Assembly: GCF_006345805.1 (NCBI RefSeq)
Contig: NC_043006.1
Coordinates: 4,092,001-4,156,000, forward strand
Source: Octopus sinensis
Taxonomy: Eukaryota
DNA length: 64,000 nucleotides
Reading direction: 5' to 3'
Positions 42,401-53,016 of this stretch are shown here, piece by piece (the first letter of the stretch is position 1; each line of letters starts with the position of its first letter). Both the position numbers and the translations under genes were made by a program. The notes beneath the pieces are model-generated. The model saw only the letters and a list, made by a program, of their open reading frames with translations. It did no database searches and was not told where the DNA came from.

Positions 42401-44856
42401 GTACCCTGCATTACAGTCACATGTGTAGGATCCTTGTGTGTTGGTGCATTTCCCCTTTTCCCCGCATGGGTCTCCTTTGCACTCGTCTGTGTCTGGAAAG
42501 TAATACAATTTTATGGCATGGATATAAATCTTTTGTATCATCATCATCATCATCAATGATCAATCATCATCAATCATCATCATCAATCATCATCATCAAT
42601 CATCATCATCAATGAATGATCATCATAATCATGAGCATCATCATCATCATCAATCATCATTAATCATCATCATCAATCATCATCATCAATGAATGATCAT
42701 CATTAAACATCATAATCATTAGCAACATCATAATCATCACCACCATTATCACCACCATCATCACCAACATCATCGACATTATTATTATTATTATTATTAT
42801 TAATATAACTTGAATCCAGTTACACCTATACGCGTGATGTCTGTTCTGCTTTACTTACCAACGCATGTTGTTTCACGGAACTCGTACCCTGCATTACAGT
42901 CACATGTGTAGGATCCTTGTGTGTTGGTGCATTTCCCCTTTTCCCCGCATGGGTCTCCTTTGCACTCGTCTGTGTCTGGAAAGTAAAACAATTTTATGGC
43001 ATGGATATAAATCTTTTGTATCATCATCATCATCATCAATGATCAATCATCATCAATCATCATCATCAATCATCATCATCAATCATCATCATCAATGAAT
43101 GATCATCATAATCATGAGCATCATCATCATCATCAATCATCATTAATCATCATCATCAATCATCATCATCAATGAATGATCATCATTAATACATCATCAT
43201 TAGCAACATCATAATCATCACCACCATTATCACCACCATCATCTCAACATCATCGACATTATTATTATTATTATTACTAATATAACTTGAATCCAGTTAC
43301 ACCTATACGCGTGATGTCTGTTCTGCTTTACTTACCAACGCATGTTGTATCGCGGAACTCGTACCCTGCATTACAGTCACATGTGTAGGATCCTTGTGTG
43401 TGGGTGCATTTCCCCTTTTCCCCCCATGGTCTCCTTTGTGGCACTCGTCTGTGTCTGGTAAAAAAAACAATTTTATGGCATGGATATAAATCTTTTGTAT
43501 CATCATCATCATCATCAATGATCAATCATCATCAATCATCATCATCAATCATCATCATCAATGAATGATCATCATAATCATGAGCATCATCATCATCATC
43601 AATCATCATTAATCATCATCATCATCATCATCATCAATGATCAATCATCATCAATCATCATCATCAATCATCATCATCAATCATCATCATCAATGAATCA
43701 TCATCATTAAACATCATAATCATTAGCAACATCATAATCATCACCACCATTATCACCACCATCATCACCAACATCATCGACATTATTATTATTATTATTA
43801 CTAATATAACTTGAATCCAGTTACACCTATACGCGTGATGTCTGTTCTGCTTTACTTACCAACGCATGTTGTTTCACGGAATTCGTACCCTGTATTACAG
43901 TCACATGTGTAGGATCCTTGTGTGTTGGTGCATTTCCCCTTTTCCCCGCATGGGTCTCCTTTGCACTCGTTTGTGTCTGGAAAGCAAAACAATTTTATGG
44001 CATGTATATAAATATTTTGTATCATCATCATCATCATCAATGATCAATCATCATCAATCATCATAATCATGAGCATCATCATCATCATCAATCATCATTA
44101 ATCATCATCAGCAATCATCATCATCAATGAATGATCATCATTAAACATCATAATCATTAGCAACATCATAATCATCACCACCATCATCACCAACATCATC
44201 GACATTATTGTTATTATTATTATTAATATAACTTGAATCCAGTTACACCTATACGCGTGATGTCTGTTCTGCTTTACTTACCAACGCATGTTGTTTCACG
44301 GAACTCGTACCCTGCATTACAGTCACATGTGTAGGATCCTTGTGTGTTGGTGCATTTCCCCTTTTCCCCGCATGGGTCTCCTTTGCACTCGTCTGTGTCT
44401 GGAAAGCAAAACAATTTTATGGCATGGATATAAATCTTTTGTATCATCATCATCATCATCATCAATGATCAATCATCATCAATCATCATCATCAATCATC
44501 ATCAATGAATGATCATCATAATCATGAGCATCATCATCATCATCAATCATCATTAATCATCATCATCAATCATCATCATCAATGAATGATCATCATTAAA
44601 CATCATAATCATTAGCAACATCATAATCATCACCACCATTATCATCAACATCACCGACATTATTATTATTATTATTATTATTAATGTAACTTGAATCCAG
44701 TTACACCTATACGCGTGATGTCTGTTCTGCTTTACTTACCAACGCATGTTGTATCGCGGAACTCGTACCCTGCATTACAGTCACATGTGTAGGATCCTTG
44801 TGTGTTGGTGCATTTCCCCTTTTCCCCGCATGGGTCTCCTTTGCACTCGTCTGTGT
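19617..44856 (-). CDS. Tandem array of 45 near-identical 117-bp phase-1/phase-1 exons, each a calcium-binding EGF domain ([39 protein letters not shown])
   Basis: Each exon bounded by TTTCCAG acceptor and GTAAGT donor; D-x-D-E-C and C-x-N-x4-Y-x-C-x-C cbEGF consensus. Apparently intact exons have their low coordinate at 19617, 21441, 21924, 22385, 25022, 25478, 28600, 30863, 31845, 32767, 33728, 34175, 34629, 35216, 35667, 36144, 36662, 37113, 37553, 38493, 38969, 40508, 40962, 41444, 42376, 42859, 43860, 44282, 44740 (each +116); about 16 others carry indels. Confidence 0.92.
19956..21113 (-). mobile_element. R4/Dong-clade retrotransposon 3' fragment, family B copy 1
   Basis: 271-aa ORF with CRFC...H....[18 protein letters not shown], then [12 protein letters not shown]; 3'UTR ends in A-run then (AAT)n; 5' junction also in (AAT)n. 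Confidence 0.9.
22722..23700 (-). mobile_element. R4/Dong family B copy 2 (shorter 5' end)
   Basis: Near-identical to 19956-20930; 5' end joined directly to ATG/ATC intron repeat at AAAATAATGGCAACG. Confidence 0.9.
23843..24820 (-). mobile_element. R4/Dong family B copy 3 (tandem duplicate of copy 2)
   Basis: Same ends and diagnostic variants ([10 protein letters not shown]) as copy 2; 228-aa ORF. Confidence 0.9.
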
Positions 44857-45114
44857 CTGGAAAGTAAAACAATTTTATGGCAAGGATATAAATCTTTTGT
44901 ATCATCATCATCATCATCAATGATCAATCATCATCAATCATCATCATCAATCATCATCATCAATCATCATCATCAATCATCATCATCAATCATCATCATC
45001 ATCATCATCATCAATGAATAATCATCATAATCATGAGCATCATCCTCATCATCAATCATCATTAATCATCATCATCAATCATCATCATCAATGAATGATC
45101 ATCATTAATCATCA

Positions 45115-45577
45115 TTAGCGGAACTCGTACCCTGCATTACAGTCACATGTGTAGGATCCTTGTGTGTTGGTGCATTTCCCCTTTTCCCCGCATGCGTCTC
45201 CTGTGCACTCGTCTGTGTCTGGGAAGTAAAACAATTTTATGGCAAGGATATAAATCTTTTGTATCATCATCATCATCATCAATGATCAATCATCATCAAT
45301 CATCATCATCAATCATCATCATCAATCATCATCATCAATCATCATCATCAATCATCATCATCATCATCATCATCAATGAATAATCATAATCATGAGCATC
45401 ATCCTCATCATCAATCATCATTAATCATCATCATCAATCATCCTCATCAATGAATGATCATCATTAATCATCATTAGCGGAACTCGTACCCTGCATTACA
45501 GTCACATGTGTAGGATCCTTGTGTGTTGGTGCATTTCCCCTTTTCCCCGCATGGGTCTCCTGTGCACTCGTCTGTGT
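45115..45577 (-). pseudogene. Two tandem truncated EGF exons (45474-45577, 45115-45218) lacking the donor and ending GYEFR-stop
   Basis: Acceptor TTCCCAG retained; exon fused at CCGC|TAATGA to intron repeat; 359-bp spacing. Confidence 0.85.
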
Positions 45578-45760
45578 CTGGGAAGTAAAACAATTTTATG
45601 GCATGGATATAAATCTTTTGTATCATCATCATCATCATCATCAATGATCAATCGTCATCAATCATCATCATCAATCATCATCATCAATCATCATTATCAA
45701 TCATCATCATAAATGAAGAATCATCATTATCAATGAACAATCATTATTAATATTATTATT

Positions 45761-47923
45761 CTATGTTTGACTTTTGCTTTATGTTTGTACAAGTTGGCTC
45801 CAAGTGTCACCCAGTGACCTCAAGACACAACAGGTGGGAAGTTCACGTTGTTGTTATGCCTAGTGTGCCATATATTTAGGGTTTTTTTTGGTGTTGTTCT
45901 AGTGAATGTCTAATACATAGTTTAAAAAAAAAAGTTTGTTTCAAACCTTGGGATTACTTGGAGAGTATTTTGATAATGATGATTGTTCATTTATGATGAT
46001 GAATGATAATGATGATTGATTATGATGATAAATGATGATTGATGATTGATGATGATGATGATGATAATGATTATACATAAGATTTATATCCATGCCATAA
46101 AATATGAGCAGTTCCCATGAGCACTATCTCTTGAATTTCTGCCATTTCGGGGTTTCCTGGTATCTGAATTAGGTAGCAATCAGCCCCTTTCGCTATCTTT
46201 CCCTATGACAACAGGTATTGTTTTAGTCTTCAGCTTCCACATTTTGCTGATTTCTATTTCAAGATCTTTATATTTGCTCAGTTTTTGGTAGGTCTTGACA
46301 GATACGTTTATATCGATTGGGACAGTCATATCAATGAGGAGGCATGTTCTTTGTCTGAAGTCTTTCTATATGATGTCTGGCCTGTTTGCATCTATCTTTT
46401 TGTCAGTTTGAATGGTGAAGTTCCAGAGGAGTGAGATGTGGTCATTTTCAAGCACTGGAGGTGGATTGTGTTCCCACCAGTTTTTTCCATGGGGCAAATC
46501 CAGGTTTTTGCAAATTACCCAGTGAATATATTGTGCAGGTCTATCATGCCTGCTGAGGTACTCTGTAGGCGCAAGAAGACTGCACTTGGAGACAACATGA
46601 TCAATGGTTTCATTTTGTTGTCGGCATAAACGACATGTTGGGCTACTGCCGTTCTTTAATATGTTGGCCTGGTAGTTTCTTGTTGGTAGGCATTGATCTT
46701 GAGCTGCGATGATAAACCCTTCTGTTTCAGATTTTAAGCCAGAGGCCATTAGCCATTGATGGGTCAGGGCTTTATCAATATCTGCATTATTCGCTCTCTT
46801 TGGGTATTTGCCATAGAGAGGTTTTTCTTGCCATTTATTATTCAGAATATCTAAGGCCGCAGTTTTGGCACGGGTTTTCATGCGTTTAGCTTTTTCTGTG
46901 CTTGTTTCTTGTATGTCTATCTCTAATTCCGAAATTTGTTGTATTCAGAATTCACTTAGATATTCCTCTGCCTGTTTTGTTACTGAGTATGATGCTTTCT
47001 TGTTTTCATGTTTTGAGACAAGTTTTAACATCCAGTCCTCAGAGTTGTTCAGGTAGGTGTCTAGGCCAATTGTAGCAATCTTCATTGTTATTGCCAGTTG
47101 CAAAAGACCACGGCCTCCCTCTTTTCTTGGCAGATAAAGTCGTTCTGTATCTGCCTTAGGGTGGTGCATTCTATGCATTGTCAACAGTTTTCTTATTTTT
47201 CTGTCAAGCTGACATATTTCAGTAATTGACCAGTTAACGATATTGAAACTGTAAGTCACAACTGGTATGGCTGATGCATTGATCGCTTCGATCCTGTTTC
47301 TTGCATTCAGCTCTGTCTTCAGTATTGCTCTCACTCTTCGATAACATTCTCTCCTGATCCTTTCCTTCATCTCTGAATGCCTTATTCCGTTCCCTTCAAT
47401 TACCCCTAGGTACTTGTAGCTCTCCGCTGGGTCTAGTTCTTTTATGACATTCTGCTGGTCAAGGTTAACGTTAAATGTTTCTGTCATTTTTCCTTTGATA
47501 AAGGTAGCTTTTGCACATTTATCGAGGCCGAATTGCATTCTGATGTCGTCACTGAATTGTTTGACAATCGCTAGTAAGCCCTTGAGTTGTTGGTCATTTT
47601 TTGAAAAGAGCTTTAAATCATCCATGTAAATGAGATGATTTATATTTTTATCCAACATTTTATACCCGTACTGCGCGTCATTGAGCAGTTTTGAGAGAGG
47701 TATTAAGGCTAAACAAAAGAGGAGTGGTGACAGTGAGTCACCCTGGAAAATGCCACACAAAAGTTTTACATCACCAGCATTTAGGGATTCATTGTCACTG
47801 TTCAGAGTTAGTGTGGTTCTCCATGATCTCATACTTACAGTGAAAAAGTTTCACAGAGTAGGTGCTATCTTATACATTTCCAGGCATTTCCTAATCCAGC
47901 TATGTGGTAGGCTATCAAAAGCC

Positions 47924-47928
<5 letters not shown>
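45761..47928 (-). mobile_element. R4/Dong family A copy 2
   Basis: Colinear with 17463-19510, same 5' truncation point and same two in-frame TGA stops; interrupted at 45973-46101. Confidence 0.92.
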
Positions 47929-47961
<33 letters not shown>

Positions 47962-48015
47962 ATAACTTGAATCCAGTTACACCTATAAGCATGATGTCTG
48001 TTCTGCTTTACTTAC

Positions 48016-48132
48016 CAATGCATGTTGTTCCGCTGAACTCGAATCCTGGATTACAGACACATGTGTAGGATCCGTGATTGTTGGTGCATCTCCCATGTGC
48101 CCCGCATGGGTTCCCTGTGCACTCGTTTCTGT
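48016..48132 (-). CDS. Divergent cbEGF exon ([39 protein letters not shown])
   Basis: TTTCCAG/GTAAGT boundaries, 117 bp, phase 1-1. Confidence 0.9.
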
Positions 48133-48261
48133 CTGGAAAGTAAAACAATTTTATTGCATGAATATAACACTTATGTATTATCATCATCACCATCAACATT
48201 AACATCATCATCAATCATCATCATTAATCATCATCATCATCATAATCTTATTGATATCACA

Positions 48262-48783
48262 TGCTTTCACTTCACTACCGAGCACAGCTCTGTGTACCTT
48301 GGGTATGTGCTGTGGTTTGTTGTGATGCTCTGATGGTTACTGTATTGAAAGTGCTTTACGTAGAATGTGTGCGGTACCTACGAGTGCTATTTTCTTTATG
48401 CTATATATATTTGTAAGTCCTGGTGTTTTTCTTATGTATTTGTCTGAATATTTTTTTATCATGCCTAATGCACCTACTATGATAGGAATTGTTTCTGCTT
48501 TCAGACTCCACTTTCGAGATACCTCTGTTTCCAGGTCTTTGTATTTTGAAAGTTTTTCCATTTCTTTTAGAGGAACGTTGTCATCTGTTGGTATTGATAC
48601 ATCAATCAGAATGCATTTTTTCCTTCATGATCTCTGTCAATTATGTCCGGCCTATTGGCCTCAATTTCTCTATCTGTGTAATGTTGCTTTCTCATTTCTG
48701 TGATCTTTTCTGGCGTGTACCTATACCATCTTTTTTCTGGTGTTATTCTATAGTGTGTGCATAGCTTCCATTGTATGTAGGTC
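48262..48783 (-). mobile_element. R4/Dong 3' fragment, family C copy 1
   Basis: LIDVSIP...EKLSKYKDLETEV...IPIIVGALG RLE C-terminus; 5' side abuts (AAT)n. Confidence 0.85.
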
Positions 48784-48814
48784 CTTATTATTATTATTAT
48801 TATTACTATTATTC

Positions 48815-49187
48815 AGTAGTTTTATTTTTATAGCGTGCTTTCTCTTCACTACCGAGTGCAGTTCTGGGTGCCTTGGGTATGTGCTGTGATTTGTTGTGAT
48901 GCTCTGATGGTTACTGTATTGAAAGTGTTCTGCGTAGGATGTATGCAGTGCCTAGTAGTGCAATTTTCTGTATGTTATATGTGTTTGTAAGTCCTGATGT
49001 TTTTGTTATGTATTTGTCTAAATATTTTTTTATCATGCCTAATACACCTACTATGATAGGAATTGTTTCTGTTTTTAGATTCCACATTCGAGTTACCTCT
49101 ATTTCCAGTTCTTTGTATTTTGAAAGTTTCTCCATTTCTTTTAGAGACACGTTGTCATCTGCTGGTATTGATACATCAATTAGAAAT
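48815..49187 (-). mobile_element. R4/Dong 3' fragment, family C copy 2
   Basis: EKLSKYKELEIEV...IPIIVGVLG; flanked by (AAT)n on both sides; diverged from copy 1. Confidence 0.85.
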
Positions 49188-49212
49188 TATTATTACTATT
49201 ATTATTATTATT

Positions 49213-49247
<35 letters not shown>

Positions 49248-49302
49248 TATTATTATTATTATAATGATTATTATTATTATTGTTGTTATAATAATAATAA
49301 TA

Positions 49303-49339
<37 letters not shown>

Positions 49340-49410
49340 TATTATTATTATTATAACTTGAAACCAGTTACAGCTATACGCGTAAATGTTGTCTATTCTG
49401 CTTTACTTAC

Positions 49411-49527
49411 CAGTGCATGTTCTGCTGTTAAAATGGAACCCTGGATGACAAACACATCTGTAGGATCCTAGTGTGTTGGTGCATCTCCCATGTGCCCCGC
49501 ATGGGTTCCCTGTGCACTCGTTTACGT
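49411..49527 (-). CDS. First cbEGF exon ([39 protein letters not shown])
   Basis: TTTTCCAG acceptor at 49528-9, GTAAGT donor at 49410; 117 bp, phase 1-1; not in the ORF track. Confidence 0.9.
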
Positions 49528-49648
49528 CTGGAAAATTAAAACAATTTTATTGCATGGATATTACACTTATGTTTCATCATCATCAACGTCGTCATCGTTG
49601 TAGTCCTCGTCTGCGTCCTCGTTGTTGTTGTGGTTGTTGTTATTATTA

Positions 49649-49860
49649 AGGTGATGAGTTGGCAGATTCGTGAACACGCTGGGCAAAATTCTTGGCGTAA
49701 TTTCGTCGTTCCGAGTTCAAAATCTGCCAATGTCGACGTTGTAATCCATCGTTTCGGAGTCGGTGAAATGAGCACCATTCAAGTATTAGGCTCAATGTAA
49801 TTGACTGACCCCCACCTGCTCCCCAAATATCAGGCCTTGTGGCTATTGTAGAATAAGTTA
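49649..49860 (+). mobile_element. Decayed SINE of the 17240 family
   Basis: GGTGATGAGTTGGCAGA head, GTCGAC body, CAGGCCTTGTGGCTATTGTAGAA tail. Confidence 0.7.
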
Positions 49861-50187
49861 GACGCACCATGTTCTTTTAACAGAACTCAGACCTTTCTCA
49901 GCTCAGTTGCTGTGGCAAAGGCATTATATACATCAAAATGGACATCAACTGGTCAAATATGGTGGACAGAAGACGAGACGACACGACGCTCATTTGCATA
50001 TTTTACAATATAAAACAGGAAAAAGAAAATGGAAGAAATAGCGATGTTTTTCTTCAAAGGATTGTGATACGAAAGAAAAAGGAAATTTGAAACGAGACCA
50101 TTGGTCGTTATATTTGGATATAAAATATAAAATATTAAGAAAATATTAGGCCTTATCTACACATAACACCCGGAGCGTTATTCTTAC

Positions 50188-50264
50188 CTCTGCACCTTCC
50201 AGGCGTGCCGATCCATCCTCTGCAGCATTTGTAACAAGTTGAATGAATTATTCTGTAAGCTACC
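50188..50264 (-). CDS. EMI-like domain exon, C-terminal half (VAYRIIHSTCYKCCRGWIGTPGRCR)
   Basis: CTCTCTTAACAG acceptor, GTAAGA donor; 77 bp, phase 2 to phase 1, joins in frame to the 49527 exon (G+AC=Asp); AYR...CC.GW...C EMI signature. Confidence 0.85.
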
Positions 50265-50724
50265 CTGTTAAGAGAGAGAAGGATAGAAAAGGAAAATATG
50301 AAAACAGAGCAGTGACGATAATTTTAGACAATCGCACATACATACACATATGACACACACACACACACACACACACGAGTCATACGCATGCACACGCGCA
50401 CACAAGTTACATTTTCAGAACTTACGCTTGTGTGTTTAGAAAATGTAATTTTCCCAAATAATGTGCTTTTTATATTCAAGGCTTTGATGAAGCTACAGGG
50501 TGTTACCCGGCTACTCAACCAACACACCACCACATCACACAGCAGAAACAGCTGTTAGCCAGTGAAGCTTATTATATAATTCCTCCGTTTTTCCAGTGAC
50601 ATCTTTTTCTTTTCTCTTGACACTCTATTCTCATCTAACATTGTATTCTACACCACACGTGTATTGAGGTCTACACCAGGTTGTTATATTCGCTATGCCT
50701 AAGCGAAATATTATATATATCATC

Positions 50725-51050
50725 ATCATCATCGTTTAACGTCCGTTCTCCATGCTAGCATGGGTTGGACGGATCGACCGGGGATCTGGGAAGCCAGAAG
50801 GTTGCACCAGGCTCCAGTCTTATCTGGCAATGTTTCTACAGCTGGATTCCCTTCCTAACGCCAACCACTCCGTGGATATATATATATCGAGGTGCAATCA
50901 CGGTTGTGTAGTAGGAAGCTCCACAACCACATTGTGTCAGTGTCAGTCCCACTGCCTGGCATTTTGGTCATGTGTCTTCTATTCTAAACTCCGTCCGACC
51001 GAAGCCTTGTGCGTGGATTCGGTAGACGGAGACTGAAAGAAGCCCGACGT
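50725..51050. mobile_element. Composite SINE/LINE-tail fragments
   Basis: CATCATCATCGTTTAACGTCCGTTCTCCATGCTAGCATGGGTTGGACGG motif and AAGCCTTGTGCGTGGATTCGGTAGACGGAGACTGAAAGAAGCCC segment shared with the 59616 SINE. Confidence 0.6.
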
Positions 51051-51418
51051 ATGTATATATATATATATATAAAGTTAATCCAAACAAGATAGCACAAAAA
51101 ACACAACAACGTGAGGACGTGGAACAAATATTGGACGGTCAGGAAAGGAAAGAAAGGAGGATTTATTGTTTCGAGCAGAGCTCTTTGTCGGAAACATAGG
51201 AGAAGGAAAGATCCAGAGAAGGGATGACAGAGGAAAAAAATCGCCAACGGTACACACGCGGTCACATTTTGAATGAACATATATATATATTATATTAAAT
51301 TAGAGATAAAACCACTATTAGGCAAATCATACAATGAAAAACTTAAGCCAATACATAAGATTATTTAATTTATATTATTTAAATATATAACAAAATTATT
51401 AAAAAATATAATTAATAT

Positions 51419-51486
51419 AACACTACGATCGTTTCATGGCTGTTAATTTCTTTAAATTTTCGAGTTACAATCATTCATCAGGTGTT
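51419..51486 (-). ncRNA. Type I hammerhead ribozyme candidate (left arm of element A)
   Basis: AACAC-CUGAUGA-AUG...CAU-GAAAC-GAUC-GUA-GUGUU: 5-bp stem I, stem II AUG/CAU extendable, palindromic stem III, GUA cleavage triplet. Confidence 0.75.
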
Positions 51487-51519
51487 TTAAATATTTAACT
51501 CGCCAAGTTAAATATTTAA

Positions 51520-51587
51520 ACCACCTGATGAATGACTGTAACTCGAAAATTTAAAGAAATTAACAGCCATGAAACGATCGTAGTGTT
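51520..51587 (+). ncRNA. Type I hammerhead ribozyme candidate (right arm of element A)
   Basis: CAC-CTGATGA(51525-31)-ATGACTGT...ACAGCCAT-GAAAC GATC GTA(51571-82)-GTG; one mismatch in stem I. Confidence 0.7.
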
Positions 51588-51803
51588 ATATTTATTATAT
51601 TTTTTAATAATTTTGTTATATATTTAAATAATATAAATTAAATAATCTTATGTATTGGCTTAAGTTTTTCATTGTATGATTTGCCTAATAGTGGTTTTAT
51701 CTCTAATTTAATATAATATAATATTTTACTATAAAATTGGATTCAATCCTAAATCTGATTTTTCCCTGTAAGTTTGGATTTATTCCCTAATATTTATTAT
51801 ATA

Positions 51804-51877
<74 letters not shown>

Positions 51878-52439
51878 TAATAATATTAGGGAGTAAATCC
51901 AAACTTACAGGGAAAAATTAGATTTAGGATTAAATCTAATTTTGTAGTATAAACATATATTATATTAAATTAGAGATAAAACCACTATTAGGCAAATCAA
52001 ACAGTGAAAATCATAAGCCAATACATAGAAATATCTTATTAAACTTTTAATACTTTTTGATAGTTTATAAAAAAATAAATAAATATAAAAATATAAAAAA
52101 TATTAAAAAATATATATAAAAAATAAAAAATAAATAATATAAATAAAAAAAATAAATAATTAAATAAAATAATGATAAAAAAATATATATTTATAATTCA
52201 TAAGTTTAAATTATTAATTTAAATAATTTTTTAAAATTTTAACTTTAATTTAAATATTTTAATTGGATTTTTATATTTTATATTTTATATTTTTTATATA
52301 TTTTTTAATTAATTTTATTTCTATGTATTGGCTTATGATTTTCACTGTTTGATTTGCCTAATAGTGGTTTTATCTCTAATTTAATATATATATATATATA
52401 TATATATGTATACATGTGTGTGTGTGTGTCTGTATTTGT

Positions 52440-52640
52440 GTGTTTGCATATGTCTTTCCACCATCGCTTGAGAACCGATGTTGGTGTGTTTACGTCCCTG
52501 TAGTCTAGCGGTTCGGCAATGGCGAACGACTGAATAAGTACTAGACTTACAAAGAATAAGCTGTAGGGTTGGTTTGTCAAACTAAAGGCTGTGCTCCAGC
52601 ATGGCCGCAGTTAAATTACTGTAACAAGTAAAAGAATAAT
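52440..52640 (+). mobile_element. SINE 3' half (59616 family)
   Basis: CATCGCTTGAGAACCGATGTTGGTGTGTTTACGTCCC...GTGCTCCAGCATGGCCGCAG. Confidence 0.7.
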
Positions 52641-52654
52641 AGAAGAAAATATCA

Positions 52655-52800
52655 CTTTATTGACAATTAAAATACAACAAAGATCAATCAATCGAAAAGG
52701 TAATCCCTCGTTATCGATCCCCTTTTGCCATCTTTCAGGCAAAGTTTTGAATCTTTTCATGCAGTAACTGGTCCTGAAGCGCAATGGCTTTGCTGGGATT
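52655..52800 (-). mobile_element. Mariner transposase C-terminal remnant
   Basis: YCMKRFKTLPERWQKGIDNEG resembles the mariner C-terminal LPERW motif. Confidence 0.55.
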
Positions 52801-53016
52801 TTCAGCAATGTGCAGTGTCGATCCGTTCTGGCTTTCAATACCAAAATTTAACACAATTACTTCCAGGATCTTCCAGAGGTTTTTTTATGTATTTAATATT
52901 TCTATATAAGTACTCATATCTACACAAATGTACACTAGTAAATTTAATAATAAAGTAGGAAGGAAGAACGTCAGAAATCTTTGGAAAAAATTACACCTAT
53001 CAAAGGTAATTATACC

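Larger units (their letters stand above)
51288..51795. mobile_element. Fold-back element A: ~213-bp near-perfect inverted arms (51288-51500 / 51506-51720) plus tail; further family pieces at 51883-52385, 57770-58030, 59800-59950
   Basis: Arms read as reverse complements around loop CGCCA; shared AATTAGAGATAAAACCACTATTAGGCAAATC segment in all copies. Confidence 0.85.

Noticed and set aside
19609-44920. Treating each [11 protein letters not shown]...CVGK ORF as a separate 62-aa secreted peptide gene
   Set aside because: The poly-Met start is the (GAT)n intron repeat and there is no proper signal peptide; canonical AG/GT sites delimit exactly one EGF domain in phase 1. Donor read-through is kept only as a possible terminus.
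19500-45700. CRISPR-like repeat/spacer appearance
   Set aside because: The context is eukaryotic, units are 430-750 bp, the 'spacers' are homologous microsatellites, and there are no cas genes.
21447-45712. Repeated plus-strand ORFs [13 protein letters not shown]...HHQSSS
   Set aside because: They are the antisense of the EGF exons plus ATC repeats; splice signals and the domain consensus are on the minus strand.
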